Below, one piece after another: positions 11,669 to 23,899 of a DNA stretch of 64,000 bases (position 1 is the stretch's first letter; each line of letters begins with the position of its first letter). The notes beneath the pieces are model-generated. The model was not told the origin of the DNA. It saw only the letters and a program-made list of their open reading frames with translations, and did no database searches. A program made the position numbers and the translations under genes. The stretch lies in NCBI RefSeq assembly GCF_009834535.1, contig NC_045697.1, positions 2,606,001 through 2,670,000 of the forward strand. The letters are read 5' to 3'. The stretch comes from Camelus ferus (Eukaryota).

Positions 11669-12592
11669 CGAGCCAGAGAAGGACAAATCCTGTGTGATAT
11701 TACTGAGATGTGGCACCTAAAAATACAACAACTAGTGAACACAACAAGAAAGAAGCAGACTCACAGGTACAGAGAACAAATTAATGGTCGTCACTAAAAA
11801 GTCCACAAACGGCAAATGCTGGAGAGGGTGGGGAGAAAAGGGAACCCTCCTACACTGTTGGTGGGATTGTAATTTGGTGCAGCCACTACGGAGAACAGTA
11901 TGGAGATTTGGTAAAAAAATAAAATTAGACTTATCATATGACCCAGCAACCCCACTCCTGGGCATATGTCTAAAGGAAACTCTAATTTGAAAAGATACAC
12001 ACACCCCAATGTTCACAGCAGCACTATTTACAACAGCCAAGACATGGAGACAGCCTAAATGTCCAACAACAGAGGACCGGATAAAGAAGATGTGGTGTAT
12101 ATATACACATATATAAATAAAATATAATGGAATATTACTCAGCCATAAAAAAGAATAAAATAATGTCATTTGCAGCAACATGGATGGACCTGAAGATTGT
12201 CATACTAAGTGAAGTAAGCCAGAAAGAAAAATACCATATGATATCACTTATATGTGTAATATAAAAAAATGAGACAAATGAACTTATTTACAAAACTGAA
12301 ACAGACTCTCAGACATAGAAAACAAACTTGTGATGATCGGAGGAAGGGGAGAGTGGAGGGATAAGTTAGGAGTTTGGGATTAACACATACGCACTACTAT
12401 ATATAAAATAGATAAACAACAAGGACCTGTTGTATAGCACAGTGGACTATATTTAATACCTTGTAATGAGCTATAATGGACAAGAATCTGAAAAAAAATA
12501 CGTATGTGTATGTTCAACTTAATCGCTTTGCTGTGCACCTGAAACTAACATTGTAAAATGACTACACTTCAATAAAAAATAAAATAAGAATT
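11669..12592 (+). mobile_element. Cetartiodactyl-type L1: short 3'UTR piece (11669-11788) fused to a 5'-truncated L1 (ORF2 C-terminus, 3'UTR, A-tail)
   Basis: ORF 11784..11990 ([17 protein letters not shown]...[10 protein letters not shown]) is the L1 ORF2 cysteine-rich C-terminus. The 3'UTR ends cttcaataaaaaataaaa. Confidence 0.9.
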
Positions 12593-12599
12593 TAAAGAA

Positions 12600-12705
12600 C
12601 AGTTCCTATGTGGAAGTCCTAACCCCCATCACCTCAGAATGTGACTGTTTTTGGAGATCGAGTCTTTCAAGAGGGGATTAAGGTAAAATGAGTCCCACAG
12701 TAGGG
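12600..12705 (+). mobile_element. MLT1B 5' fragment
   Basis: tatgtggaagtcctaacccccatcacctcagaatgtgactgtttttggagat. Confidence 0.8.
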
Positions 12706-13582
12706 GAGGTGGGGAGAGCCCCTGATTCCACCCCAGGAGCACCTCCCCAAGCACAAGTGAGCGCAGGTGGCCCCTCCCTGGCTCACAGACCTGGCATTTC
12801 AGGTCAGCCCCCAGTAACCTGACTGCAGACCCTGAGGACTGCTGCTGCAGGGCCAGCCCAGGGTACCTGAGTACACACGGGAGGCAGGAATCTGGGGAGA
12901 AGGCCCGAATTATACCAGCAGTCCTCCAGGGGGTAACTCAGCCCCTGACACATGGCAGGCGCTGGAGCGATGGCCGCTGAGTGATCTCTCCTCCAGGTCT
13001 TTGCTGGAGCCTTTCCCCTCCCTCCTCATACCCAAACTCCCATCCATGTCCATCTGGCCAGTCCCTCCTCCTCCCTGGGCCTCAGTGCACCATCACCTCC
13101 TCCAGGAAGCCTTCAGTGCTTACAGCTCCGACCAAGTCCCAGGTCTCTCCTGTGGGCCCTGGGGTAGGGTTTAAGCCAGAAGCCCTCACCCTCTGTGCTC
13201 CTGAAGCTTCCACCCCAAGGGTCATGGGCAGGAATGGAATCTCTGTTCGTGTGGGCAGTGGGACCCAGGTCTGGCTTCTTGAGCAATGATGGCTCTCCAG
13301 TGGGTCAAACCAGCAGTTGGCTTTCTGTGGCCTGCTGGGAGGGGAGGCCTGCTTTATGCTCATTTGTAAATGTCCTCATGTCCAGGGTCTGCCAGGCCGT
13401 CCCCAGCGGCAGGAAGAGGTACAGCCTTATGGCCTCACTCCTTCCAGAAAGCGGCTCAGCCAGGCGTGCACCCCCGAATCCTGCATCCTGAAGGCCAGGC
13501 TGGTGTGATGGGCCCCCCACCCCAGCCAAGCAGCTTCACGCACGCCCACGAGAACCGCTCCCACCCAGAGCCGGAGGACAGG

Positions 13583-14006
13583 AGTAGTGGGCTGGCCAGA
13601 GCCCCCAAAAGGAGGCATCCACGCCCTAAGCCCACACCCGACAGGTGGCCTTATGTGCAAGCAGGGTCTTCGCGGGTGTAATTAGTTAGGGCGAGGTCTT
13701 ACTAGAGTGGGTGGCCCTCAGTCCAATGACCTTATTACAAGAAGAGGGACACGCAGACACACAGGGGGAAGCTGTGTGACAACAGGGGCAGAGTGGGGTG
13801 ATGCACGTACAAGCCAAGGATTACTGAGCCACCAGAGCCGGGAGGGGGCCTGGGCCGGGAGGGGTTCCTCCTCAGCCCCCAGAGGGAACCAACCCCGCAG
13901 ACACTTGATTTCAGACTCTGGCCTCAGACCAGGGAGAGGAGTATCTGTTGCTTTAGGCCGTCCGGTTGGTGGTTATTGGCTGTAGCAGCTCTAGGGGACT
14001 GGTACA
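13583..14006 (+). mobile_element. MLT1C-like MaLR solo LTR
   Basis: gggtggccctcagtccaatgac...acaagccaaggat...gagggaaccaaccccgcagacacttgatttcagactctggcctc...gcagctctaggggactggtaca. Confidence 0.8.
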
Positions 14007-14087
14007 CAGGTAGGACTCAGAGCTGTGGCATCTTGGGCCTTCTTCCTAAAAATTAAATAAGCTAATAGACGTAAGAATAACCTACAG

Positions 14088-14372
14088 TTATTCATTCATC
14101 CATTCAACAAATAGTAATTGAACACCTATTGTTTATCAGAAATTATTCTAAACTTTGGGATCATGCCAGGGAAACACGTACACACACATACATACACATC
14201 ACACACATGTACACACACACACACGCATGCTCCTGGTCCAGGAATGGTCGATGCCTGCACAGTGAAATAAGAGTTGCAACAGAGGGAGGCCTGGGGGGCC
14301 TGTGAAAGCCCAGAGAAGACACCTCACTCAGTCTAAGGGCATCAGGGAAGGCTTCCTGGAGGAAGGGACGCT
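14088..14372 (-). mobile_element. L2 3' region with internal degenerate (CA)n
   Basis: ttcattcatccattcaacaaatagtaattgaacacctat...tcagggaaggcttcctggaggaag. Confidence 0.75.
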
Positions 14373-15139
14373 CTCAAAAAGGCAAACATTTAGTTGACAC
14401 AGAAACATTGCCCTCAAAACAACTCTCTAATCCAGATATAGGAAAATGAGCCGTAAACGGGCCACTATTGGAAGAGGATGGATGGTTTACTTCGTCTGGT
14501 TCTCTCTTGATTAAAACAACAGCCTGCCCAGCAGTCTTTCCGGACCCCAGCGTTCCTGCCTGACACTCAGCCCCGAGGTGGGGGGCCGCGGCCGGGCTGC
14601 AGAGCTCAGGCCTGGGCTGCAGAGCTGCCTCTAGGCTGCTGCCCTCCGTGCCGGCCGCCGTGTGGTCTGCAGACCGGACCCCCTGGGCTGTCTGACTGTC
14701 AGCTCTCACTGGCCAATTTCAGACATAGGGAACGGTTGCGGGAAAACTACGAAGAATTCCTGTGTGCCCTTCACTCAGATTCCCCAAATGTTAACACTTG
14801 TCACGTTGCTTTATCTGCCCTCTTCCTCTTCCTCCCTCTTTCCTCTCTCACACACCGGCACACGCGCTTCCTGCGCTGCCTGCGTCCATGTGTGTAGTGA
14901 CCACGACACCTGATGAACCGCTGGGAGAGGGGAGCGCGGGGTGGGCCGAGGGGGCGTGGCTTCACCCTGAGCCTCCCGCGAGAGGCGCTGCCCAGGACAG
15001 GGGGGCCTCTGGCTGCAGCGGCAGCTGCGGGAGCCCGTGTTTAATCTGGGATCTCCCCAGGGCAGATGTCAGGTCTTTTAGTCATTCAACACACGTCGGG
15101 CCTGCTCTAAGCCAGCAGGGGCCCTGTGCCTCATGCTGC

Positions 15140-15340
15140 TGACAGTGACAGTGATAACAGCAGTACTTAAGCTGGTGCTGTTAGGCCCAGGGAACACATC
15201 TACACTGACCTCTCACCCACGCTGTGAGGGACACTGAGTTCAGAGAGGAGTGAGTGGGCTGTAGGGGGAGAGTGACCTCCCAAGTCATGTGGCCGGAGGT
15301 GACAGGCCGGGTCTAACTCAGGCTGTCTGGCTCTAACATC
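15140..15340 (-). mobile_element. MIR, degenerate
   Basis: acactgagttcagagagg...agtgacctcccaagtcatgtggcc...aactcaggctgtctggctc. Confidence 0.55.
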
Positions 15341-18300
15341 CGTGCTGGCGGCCACCGCACAGAGCACCTCAGCCGCAGTGAGCGCCACTGCAGCCGTGCA
15401 CATGGCACCCCGCAGCAGCGCTGCGCCCTCCCGTCCCACGCCACGTCCTCAGGTCGGGGGAGGGGGTCGCGTGCACGCACAGACAGGACACAGAGCCCAG
15501 GGGCTGCCTCGGGCATCCCACGCCTGCCAGCGGGTCCTGCAGACCAGGTCTCCCCCTCTGGCCGAGGCACAGGAGCAGTGCGTGTCCCCAGGCCGTCCTG
15601 CAGCTGTGCCCTGCACCCCCGTCCTGCCACATCCAGGCCAGGGCCCCGCCATCCCACACCGCCTCCCCCTGCTTTGTGCCGGAGAAAGCTGACTTTTAAG
15701 GTCCATTTCTTAAATTGAGAAAAGCAACCAAAATAAAACAGAAGAGAAGGGAAGGGGTGGAGGAGAGGAGGGGGTGGCAGGAAAAGGTGATGTTGGGGCC
15801 ATTTAGGGGCACCATTCCAGGCCTCCAGCCTCCCCCAGGGTCTCCAACAACACCCAGGGAAGGCCTGCGTTCCAGAAGGCTGACGGTGGTCCGGCGAGGC
15901 TGGTCGGTGACCAGAGCCCTGGGTCTGGTCCCCCGGAGGGGACCTTACAAGGATTTCTCTGTCTGGTCTGCATCCCGAGTGGGTGGCGTCGGGCGGACCT
16001 GTGTGTCTGGGGCACATGGGGATGGATCACAGCGCTGCTGGGCGGCTCCCAGGGAGCCAGGACTCACTCCGTCCGCCCCGGGGCAGCGACGAGAGGTGGC
16101 TTTGAAAGGGAAGTGGCGTCCGGCGCAGCGGCTGTGGGGGAGGGCAGGGGTCCTGGGAACACTTAGGCCCTTATCCCTGATCAAAGCGGCGAGGTGCTGC
16201 CCAACGGGCGAGGTGTGGCCCCACCTGGCTCTCATTAGGCGCAGGCGGCCGGGCTCAGCGGGGCCTGCTCTTGCTCACAGACCCTCCGAGACAGGGCTCC
16301 GCCGGCCGGCCCTTCCACCACACCTGGCGGCCGAACCGCGGGCCACGCCGGGCACTCGGGCCACAGGGAGTCCAGCTGCAGGTCCGCCGGCCGGTCCTGC
16401 CTCCCCCTGTGCCCTCACCCGGCCCACAGCCCCCTCCTGGCTCTGGCCTTGGCGCCCACGTGCTGTCCTTCCCCAGGGAGACCCCTCCTCCCCCACCCCT
16501 GCCCGCCCCCTGGCCGGCTTCTCCCTTCTCCTCCGGGCCACCCCTGGTCACTCCTGCGGAGCCTGCAGGGCCTAAATCAAGGCTCCTGCGTGGCCTGGCT
16601 GCAGGTCCCCTCGCCATCCTGCTCCCTCCTCATCTTGGGGGCCAGGGGCCCCACCTGCTTCCCCTGAGAAGAAGGCTTCTGTTCCCCACTCGCCCATCAC
16701 ATCCCCGCGGGACCCAGGGGCACCCCACCCTCTGGGTCCTCCACAGCCCCTCCCACAGCCCAGCTGGGGCTCTCTTCTCCCAGCCCACCCCGGGCACGTG
16801 CAGTGTCCCTCGGGCTAAGTTTATGTCCCAGTAAAGCTCTGTCAAACACATGTGCCCAGTGTGGGGTATTGGGTGTCCCCCAGGGCAGGGAAGCCCCTCC
16901 AACAAGAGGAGGCATTTAAACCCCGCCCTGAGCTCTTCTGTTCCCTCCAGGCCCAGCTTCTGGATCTTTCCATTGTCCGAGATTGGCCCACAGCCATCAC
17001 CCCCAGACTGCAGTAGGGATGTGGCGGGGAGCACTGGACCGGGAGTCAGGAGGCTGTGACTCCAGTCCTGGCTTTGTTCTCTCCCCTCCTGGTCTCTGCT
17101 CACCCTTCTGGAAGGACCCGGCTCACTGCACCCTGGCGGGTTCCTCACTTTCTCACCCTCCGAGCTGGGATGGATGTAGCAGAACTCAAGGACACAGCGC
17201 AGGATTGTCGCACCACCTCTTCTCCCCGCTCCCTGCGAGGTGTCATCCCTGTGCTTGCACTGTCCCCTTGGCGTGGCCCCAGAGAGGCCCCCCATGGCTT
17301 GCACTGGAGTCACAGAGACCCGAGCCCTGCCGCAGAGCACCCCCTGATGTGTGGGGGTGCCCTGGGAGGCGCTCTGCAGTCTATGCCCGTGGGACCTGCC
17401 AGGGCTCTCCATGCCCCTCCACCCCTCCGCAGCCTGTTTCTGCCTCTGTGAAGTGTGTGTCATCAGTCCTGCTTGGCCCAATCTCCGTGCCTGGGGATAA
17501 GAAAGCGGAAGGTCAGAGGAACCGGGGACACGCCCAACCCCAGGGCAGAGCCAGCGCCACATGTCGGTGCCTTGGTGCCCGGAGGGCTCATCTAGGGGTA
17601 GTGGTTCGGCCTGGGGGCCCTGGCTCAGGACACGGGCTGAGTGTGCCCATCTCCTGTCCAGCTGTCCTCTGCCCACACTGCCCCACGGGCTCGAGGCCAG
17701 CCCAAAGGGGCCCCAGCAGTCACTGCCCCTCCGCATCCTTCCTCCGAGTCCTTCTCCACGAGAGTCAGCTTTTTAACTGAAGTTGGGTGGCTCCCAGAAT
17801 CCGGGATACAGGCAGTGGAAAAGTGCAGCCTCCTCATTTACAAAGAGAGGAGCGGTAGGTGGGCGTCCCTGAGCCCAGGACCTACGCTTACCGGAGGAGG
17901 GTTCTGCCCGGTGCCAGGTGGCTGGCGCACTGGAGGGGCGCCTGAAGCTGCTGGTTGACCAGCTTGGCTCCTGTTTCCTGCAAGTGACCATCTCAACGCT
18001 GTTCCATCTGCAGTGGGCTCAGCGCATCCCCAGCGCCCTCTCCTCCAAGAAGCCTGGATAATCATCACCCCCAGGTGACATCGAGCAAACGCAGATGCAT
18101 CGTTTCCTCACATTTTCTAGGGGGGCGGTTCTGGTGTGGAACACTCAGCTGGGTCCGAGAGAAGATGGGTCAGCCAAGGCCACACGTCCCCCGCGAGGAC
18201 AGACTCGGCCCGCATCCCTTCCCCCAGGTACACTTACAGAAGCCGGAAGAGGGAAAACCACCACCATCCGTCGATGTTTCTGCAAATATGGATTTTAGTG

Positions 18301-18619
18301 TTTCCTTCCAGACTTTTTCCCTACATGTGAGTTTTTACAATGACACCATAATACATGCACAGCTTGTAACCTGTCCATGAGTTTCCCTATTGTTTTTAGT
18401 GCCTCATAGATGTAATTTTGGAATGGTTGAATGATGCTCTGAAATATGAGCTATTTCCAGTTGTTTTCACTGTTATGACAAATATTCTAATAAAGTAACG
18501 TGTTTTTCATATTTTTGATTATAATCTTAAACTGTACTCCTCCAGGGCAGTTACGTGTCAGTTTTGTGACCTTGAAAAAAACGAGAAGTAAGCAATCAAA
18601 TATAAAACAAAAAAATAAA

Positions 18620-19285
18620 AAAAAAAATCACCCAGATCATTGACCAAGCCGTTCTATTTTCTTTATAAGAATCTAGAAGAAGCCCCAAAGCAGTGATCAC
18701 ATGCCATAAAATATCGAGTAAATCAGAGCTTTTCAATCACCTCTCATTTAAGTTTCTTGACCGTCTAGTTTCAAGACAGCACAAGGCAATATTAACATTT
18801 TATAAAAGACCCGAATTAGCACAAGCCTGTCTGTTAAGCCTCTTTCACGTGCAGCGGGTGTCAAGAAATTGGAACAAATGTTTAGCATCAGGAGGAGTCA
18901 GAGTTACGGGAGAAGTTCATACGTTATGATTTATGCATCTGTCATTCCAATCATCTTAAATAAGAAAAATGCTGCTTTTCAATTGCCACCGAGAAGTATC
19001 TGGTCTCTTTTAGATGAAGATTAACCACACGGAGTGACGGCTCAGCTCTGCAGGCAAAGCTAACACTTTTCTTATTATGTACCTGATAATTCAGACAAGA
19101 TTTAATCAAGCAATCCATTCCTAATACCCATTTGGTATTAGCTTTCTGTTTCGAATTTGCCTCTATTCATGTAATATCCAGGAAGATTGTCTCTGTTAAA
19201 TGTTTTTAAGTTCCACATTTTCAACTTTTATGTAAGATATAATCCAATAAGTTAAACCAGTGGAAACTGGTAGAAGTATCAGGTT
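18620..19285. promoter_or_regulatory. Strong candidate conserved enhancer with Hox-Pbx-Meis cassette
   Basis: ~650 bp complex AT-rich non-repeat block. TGATTTAT (18927-18934), CTGTCA (18939-18944) and CCAATCA (18947-18953) lie together. Also GTAAATCA (18718-18725) and GCCATAAA (18703-18710). Confidence 0.6.
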
Positions 19286-19311
19286 TTTTTCCAGTAGGTT
19301 AGGATATGCAC

Positions 19312-19540
19312 TTTTATATATTTATATACACACACACACACACACACATAATATATGTATATATAAAATAATATATAATATATGCATATATAAAATAATA
19401 CATGTAACATATATATATAATTAATAATATATTTATGCATGTAAATAACGTGTAACGAATACATATGTATAACAAATTTATTAAATATATATATTTTATA
19501 TACATTTATTAATATGATTTTATTATTATATTTTATGTGA
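19312..19540. repeat. (TA)n/(CA)n low-complexity tract
   Basis: tatatatttatatacacacacacacacacacataatatatg... Confidence 0.9.
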
Positions 19541-21094
19541 TGGTAGATTTGGGTCATAAAATGTTTTTTTTGAATACTCATGAATTTCTCTAGATCTTGT
19601 GAAACAAAACACATTTCCATTCAGATGTGTAAAAATGTTTGCAGTCTAAATTTAACTGTTTTTAATTATTAAATATGCTGGATAATTATTGCTCCAGCCT
19701 TGCTTTGGGCCGGGTCCTGGTTGAACACAATTCTCAGATACGAATGAGGCAGGTCTGTGTCTCCGCGTGCTCACGGCTGGTGGCCGGGTGCCAGAGAACG
19801 GGGTCACAACAGCCCGGTGCAGCAGTGTACTGGGGACCCAGACAGCCCTGCGGAGGCGGGCCAGGCCCGAGCCTGCTCTGGCCTTCGGAGGCTGGGACCC
19901 CACGGGCTGGTTCCCCAGGGGAAGGGGTTTGCTGGGTGTGGTCACTGCAGTGTGAATTTCCATTTCAGAAAAGTGCTTGAATTGCTTCTCTGGCTCCATT
20001 ATTGAATCGTCATTTTTGAAGCATCTATAATCATTCATCGATTTATTCAGTAATTATTTATTGAGTGCCTGCCACATGCCAGGCACAAGGCCACTTTGGG
20101 TCCTTGAGTTCTGGAAAGTCTATGGAATTTAAAGGAAGGGTTTTTTTCTTTTTTTTTTTTTTAATGCAATAGATATTAACTTGCTTTCTAAATCACTTTG
20201 AATCAGTTGAGTTAATTATGTACCCATCAGACCCTTCCTGGTGTTATTCATCTATTCAAAATATTTGTCAAGTGACAGATATTAATAAAAATAAGGAACT
20301 GCTTCATGGCTGTTACTCCCTAACACATCTGTGTGTCTAGACACAATCTCTGGGTCTGACTTTCCAAGCTGGAAGCCTTGGAGAGGGTCCTTCTTGGAAA
20401 TCTCCCAGCGACAAAGACAAATGAGGGGCTGACTTTTATGGACAATGAATATTCAGTACATCCGGCCCATGTGCAGCCTGCCTTGAACACCCCAAGAGAT
20501 ATCGGACACCTCTAGATGCTTTAAAGCGTTTTTTTCCCCCTGAAGTTTTTATAAAATCTGGAGCCACTGAAACAGAGTAATATCTTAGTCCAACTGGCTG
20601 CAGAGATGGCGTATGAGACATTCCTGTGGCATTTCCAGCGGCATTCAAGCCAAGGGGCTCCCAGGGTGCAAAAGGGACCACTATTATTTAAGGGGTCTGT
20701 GGATTCAGGCTCAGGGAAAACTCATTTCCAGCCTTTTTTGCCTGACCTAACAGGAACGTCTGTTGCCATTGCCAATGCCCCCCTGCCCAGGCCTCTATTC
20801 CCATTCACCAATATTTTGTTCAAATTTTCTATTCCCTAATTTGTGTTGACCTGGAGGCCAACTCGAATGACTTTTGAAGCCGTCTAGTGACACTGTTTCT
20901 CAAGTGTTGGAGTTCAGGTATTGCCAAGTTTGATGGGAACACCAATTATTCCTGATTATTACCCTGGTCATCATATTGATCTTGAGGGAATCCCATATGT
21001 TGGGTGCTTTTTCCAAGGAGAACAGAGAAGGGAGGCTGAGCAGGAGATGTGGAGGTGGCGGGGGTCAGAGGGTGCTGTAGGGGAGGACACTGGT

Positions 21095-21290
21095 GTAGGA
21101 GTTCCAAGTGCAGAATGGCATTTTCTAGCCCTGCAACTGTGGATGAATCCCCTCATCTGTTTAAATCTTAGTTTCCTCATCTAAGAATGGGGAAAAAGTC
21201 ATATTGGTTCAGTACATCTTACAGGAGTATTATGATGTTCGGACAAAGTGGTGGCTGTGGAAGCCCCCTGAAAGCAGTGAGTGCTACAAA
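21095..21290 (+). mobile_element. MIR
   Basis: tcttagtttcctcatctaagaatgggg. Confidence 0.65.
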
Positions 21291-22340
21291 GTGTGGGGCA
21301 TGGCCGCCACTTACTCACCATCTCTCCTTGACTGATTGCGCCCCGACTATGCGCCAAATTGGGCCAAGAGGTACATGGCATTTTCCAGAGGGAAAAAGGA
21401 ATGTCAAGTTTAGGGAAAAGTGGATCCGTTGGGATTTTCACTTCCAGCCATGATGGATGAACTGGTCCTTGTGGTGTGAAACTACAGGGCTGACCATGAC
21501 ATCCCTGCCCGGGCACTGGACAGCAGGCAGAGCAGCTTGGTGGCTCCTGAGGGGAGGGTAGCAGAGGAGGGTTTCAAACCTGTCACTCAGTAACTGAACA
21601 CGGAGACAGAAACTCAGTAAGAGGCAGATGATCCAAACAACATCATCAGCCCCCCGACCTCACTGACACTATGGACCGCTATGCCGATGCCTGGGAGGTT
21701 CTTTCGCCATGGGACATTGGTCAAGACAGACCACTTCTGGGATAAAAAGTAAATCTCCATAAACTTCAGAAGACTGAAACTTCAGAGTGTGTTCTCTGAC
21801 CATAGGAGAAATAAATGAGAAATCAATACAGATAAGACATCTAGAAAGTCCCCCAGGATTTGGAAATTAACAGGTTTCTCCCATGGGTCAAGGAATAATT
21901 CACCAGGAAAATTAGAAAACATTTTAACCTGAATGATCATGGAAACATATCATCTCAGAATTTGTGAGACATAGCTAAAAATATTTTCCAGGGAATTTAT
22001 TTCTTTACCTACATCAGAGAAGGAAGGTGGCTTAAAATCAGTGATCAAAGTTTACAGTAAGAAGAAAAAAAAGAGACAAGTAAACTCAAAGTAAGCAAAA
22101 AGAAGGATGAAATAAAGAACAGAAATAATGAAATAGAAACTAAACAGAAAATTCATACAGCCAAAAACTTGTTCTCTAAAATTAATTTAATAAACTTTGA
22201 GAAAGGCCAATAAAGAAAAAAAAAAAAAGAAAGCACATAATTTACCAACATAAAAAATGAAAATAAGATTTCACTACAGATCCTACAGTCACTACGAAGA
22301 AACTAAGGAACTATCATAAACAACCTAAATAAGATGGTGG

Positions 22341-22492
22341 ATTCAGGATCTGTGGTGGCTACAGTGAAAAAAAAAATGTGGCAATGAATATATGTGTGTT
22401 CATGTATAACTGAAAAATTGTGCTCTACACTGGAATTTGACACAACATTGTAAAATGACTATAACTCAACAAAAAATATTAAAATTAAAAAA
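22341..22492 (+). mobile_element. Young, severely 5'-truncated L1 3' end (camelid-like)
   Basis: Perfect 14-bp TSD AAATAAGATGGTGG at 22327-22340 and 22493-22506, with an A-rich tail. Confidence 0.9.
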
Positions 22493-22506
22493 AAATAAGA
22501 TGGTGG

Positions 22507-22638
22507 GAGGAAACTTTTGGAGGTGATGGCATGGATTGTGCTGGAAGTTTCACCAGCATATATCTCCAAATTCATCAAAGATATACATTAATTAAATACA
22601 GCTTTTTGTCTGTCAATTTTTTTTAAATAAAGCAAAAA
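22507..22638 (+). mobile_element. L1MC-type 3' terminus
   Basis: aggaaacttttggaggtgatgg...tacagctttttgtctgtcaat...aataaagc. Confidence 0.7.
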
Positions 22639-23587
22639 CCCAACCATATGTCCCATAAACTTGATAACTTAGATAAATGGGCAGATTCCTTGAAACTTGT
22701 AAGTTATCAAACTGACTCAAGAAGAAATAGAAATTCTGAATATCTCTATAACTATCAAAAACATCCACTTTTTGTAATACCAAATACCTTTCTATAAACA
22801 AAATTCCAGGTCTGGATGGCTCCACTGATGCATCCTGTAAAACTTATAAGAAAGAAGTATCAATATAACACGAATTCCTTCAGAAAATAAGAGGAGAAGG
22901 AAGGAATCTTTAAAAAATTTTTTTCTCTTTTGAGGCCAGCATTACCCTGATACCAAAACCAGACAAAGAAATTATGAGAAAAGAAAACCAGACCAGTACC
23001 TTTTATGAACATGAACCAGAACATATCTTTCCCAGAACAATATCTTTCATGATACTCAATAAAATATTAGCAAATTGAATCCAACAATACATAAGAAGAC
23101 CAATGGGATTTATCCCAGGAATGCAAGGTTGGCTCAAGATTTGAAAAATCAATCAAATGAACAAAAGACATACATGTTGGAAAGGAAGAAATAAGCTGTA
23201 TTTGCAGTAGCATGTCTGTCTATATAGAAAATCATAAGAAATCTTCAAAAGTCTGCTAGACCTAATAACTGAGTTACACAAGGTTGGACGATACAAGGTC
23301 AATGTACAAAAATCAATAATATTTCTTCAAACTAGCAATGGCTTGGAAGTTGCCCCCCCTTTTTTTTTTCAAAACTGGAAATTAAAAAAAAAAAAACATT
23401 TGGAGTAATATAAAGAAGTTAGGTGTAAATTTCATGAATGTTTATAAGACTTCTACATAAAGACTCAAAACATTTCTGGGTGCAATTACAGAAGATCTAC
23501 ATAAATGAAAAGATATACAATGTTCATGGATCGGAAGGTTCAATGTTGTTGAGATGACTCTTTTCCACCAATTGATTCCACCAGTTG

Positions 23588-23801
23588 AACGGGTTGGCAA
23601 ACTATAACCCTCTAGCTGGCTGCCTGCTTTTGCAAATAAAGTTTTATTGGAACATAGCCATGCCCAGTATTTTATGTAATGTCTATGGATATTTTGAACT
23701 TCAATGGCAGAGCTGACTGCTTGTAATAAAGACCGTATGGTCCTCAAAGCCTAAATAAAGTGTTTACTCCCTGGCCCTTTAAGAAAATTTGCCCACCCCT
23801 G
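23588..23801 (+). mobile_element. MER58A (hAT-Charlie MITE)
   Basis: gggttggcaaacta...aaataaagttttattggaacatagcca...tggccctttaagaaaatttgcccacccctg, with terminal inverted repeats. Confidence 0.9.
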
Positions 23802-23899
23802 AGCTATAGGTTTAGTGTAATCCCAATCAAAATGCTAAACTTTTTTGCTTATTGTAGTATTGGTTCTACTTTGTCAGGGTTTAAACACTCATGGTTTCT

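Larger units (their letters stand above)
21565..23840 (+). mobile_element. Old L1M ORF2 remnant hosting nested insertions
   Basis: A-rich. aaattccaggtctggatggctccactgatg, gaggccagcattaccctgataccaaaaccagacaaaga and tgggatttatcccaggaatgcaaggttgg are L1 ORF2 hallmarks. Confidence 0.85.

Noticed and set aside
15313..17780. Cluster of 230-370 aa overlapping ORFs on both strands
   Set aside because: P/G/R/A-rich open frames in several frames at once reflect stop-codon scarcity at high GC. No homologous motif or exon structure is evident.
19121..19141. Hairpin CTAATACC-N5-GGTATTAG as a possible ncRNA/miRNA
   Set aside because: The 8-bp stem is too short for a pre-miRNA, and no RNA family features were recognised.
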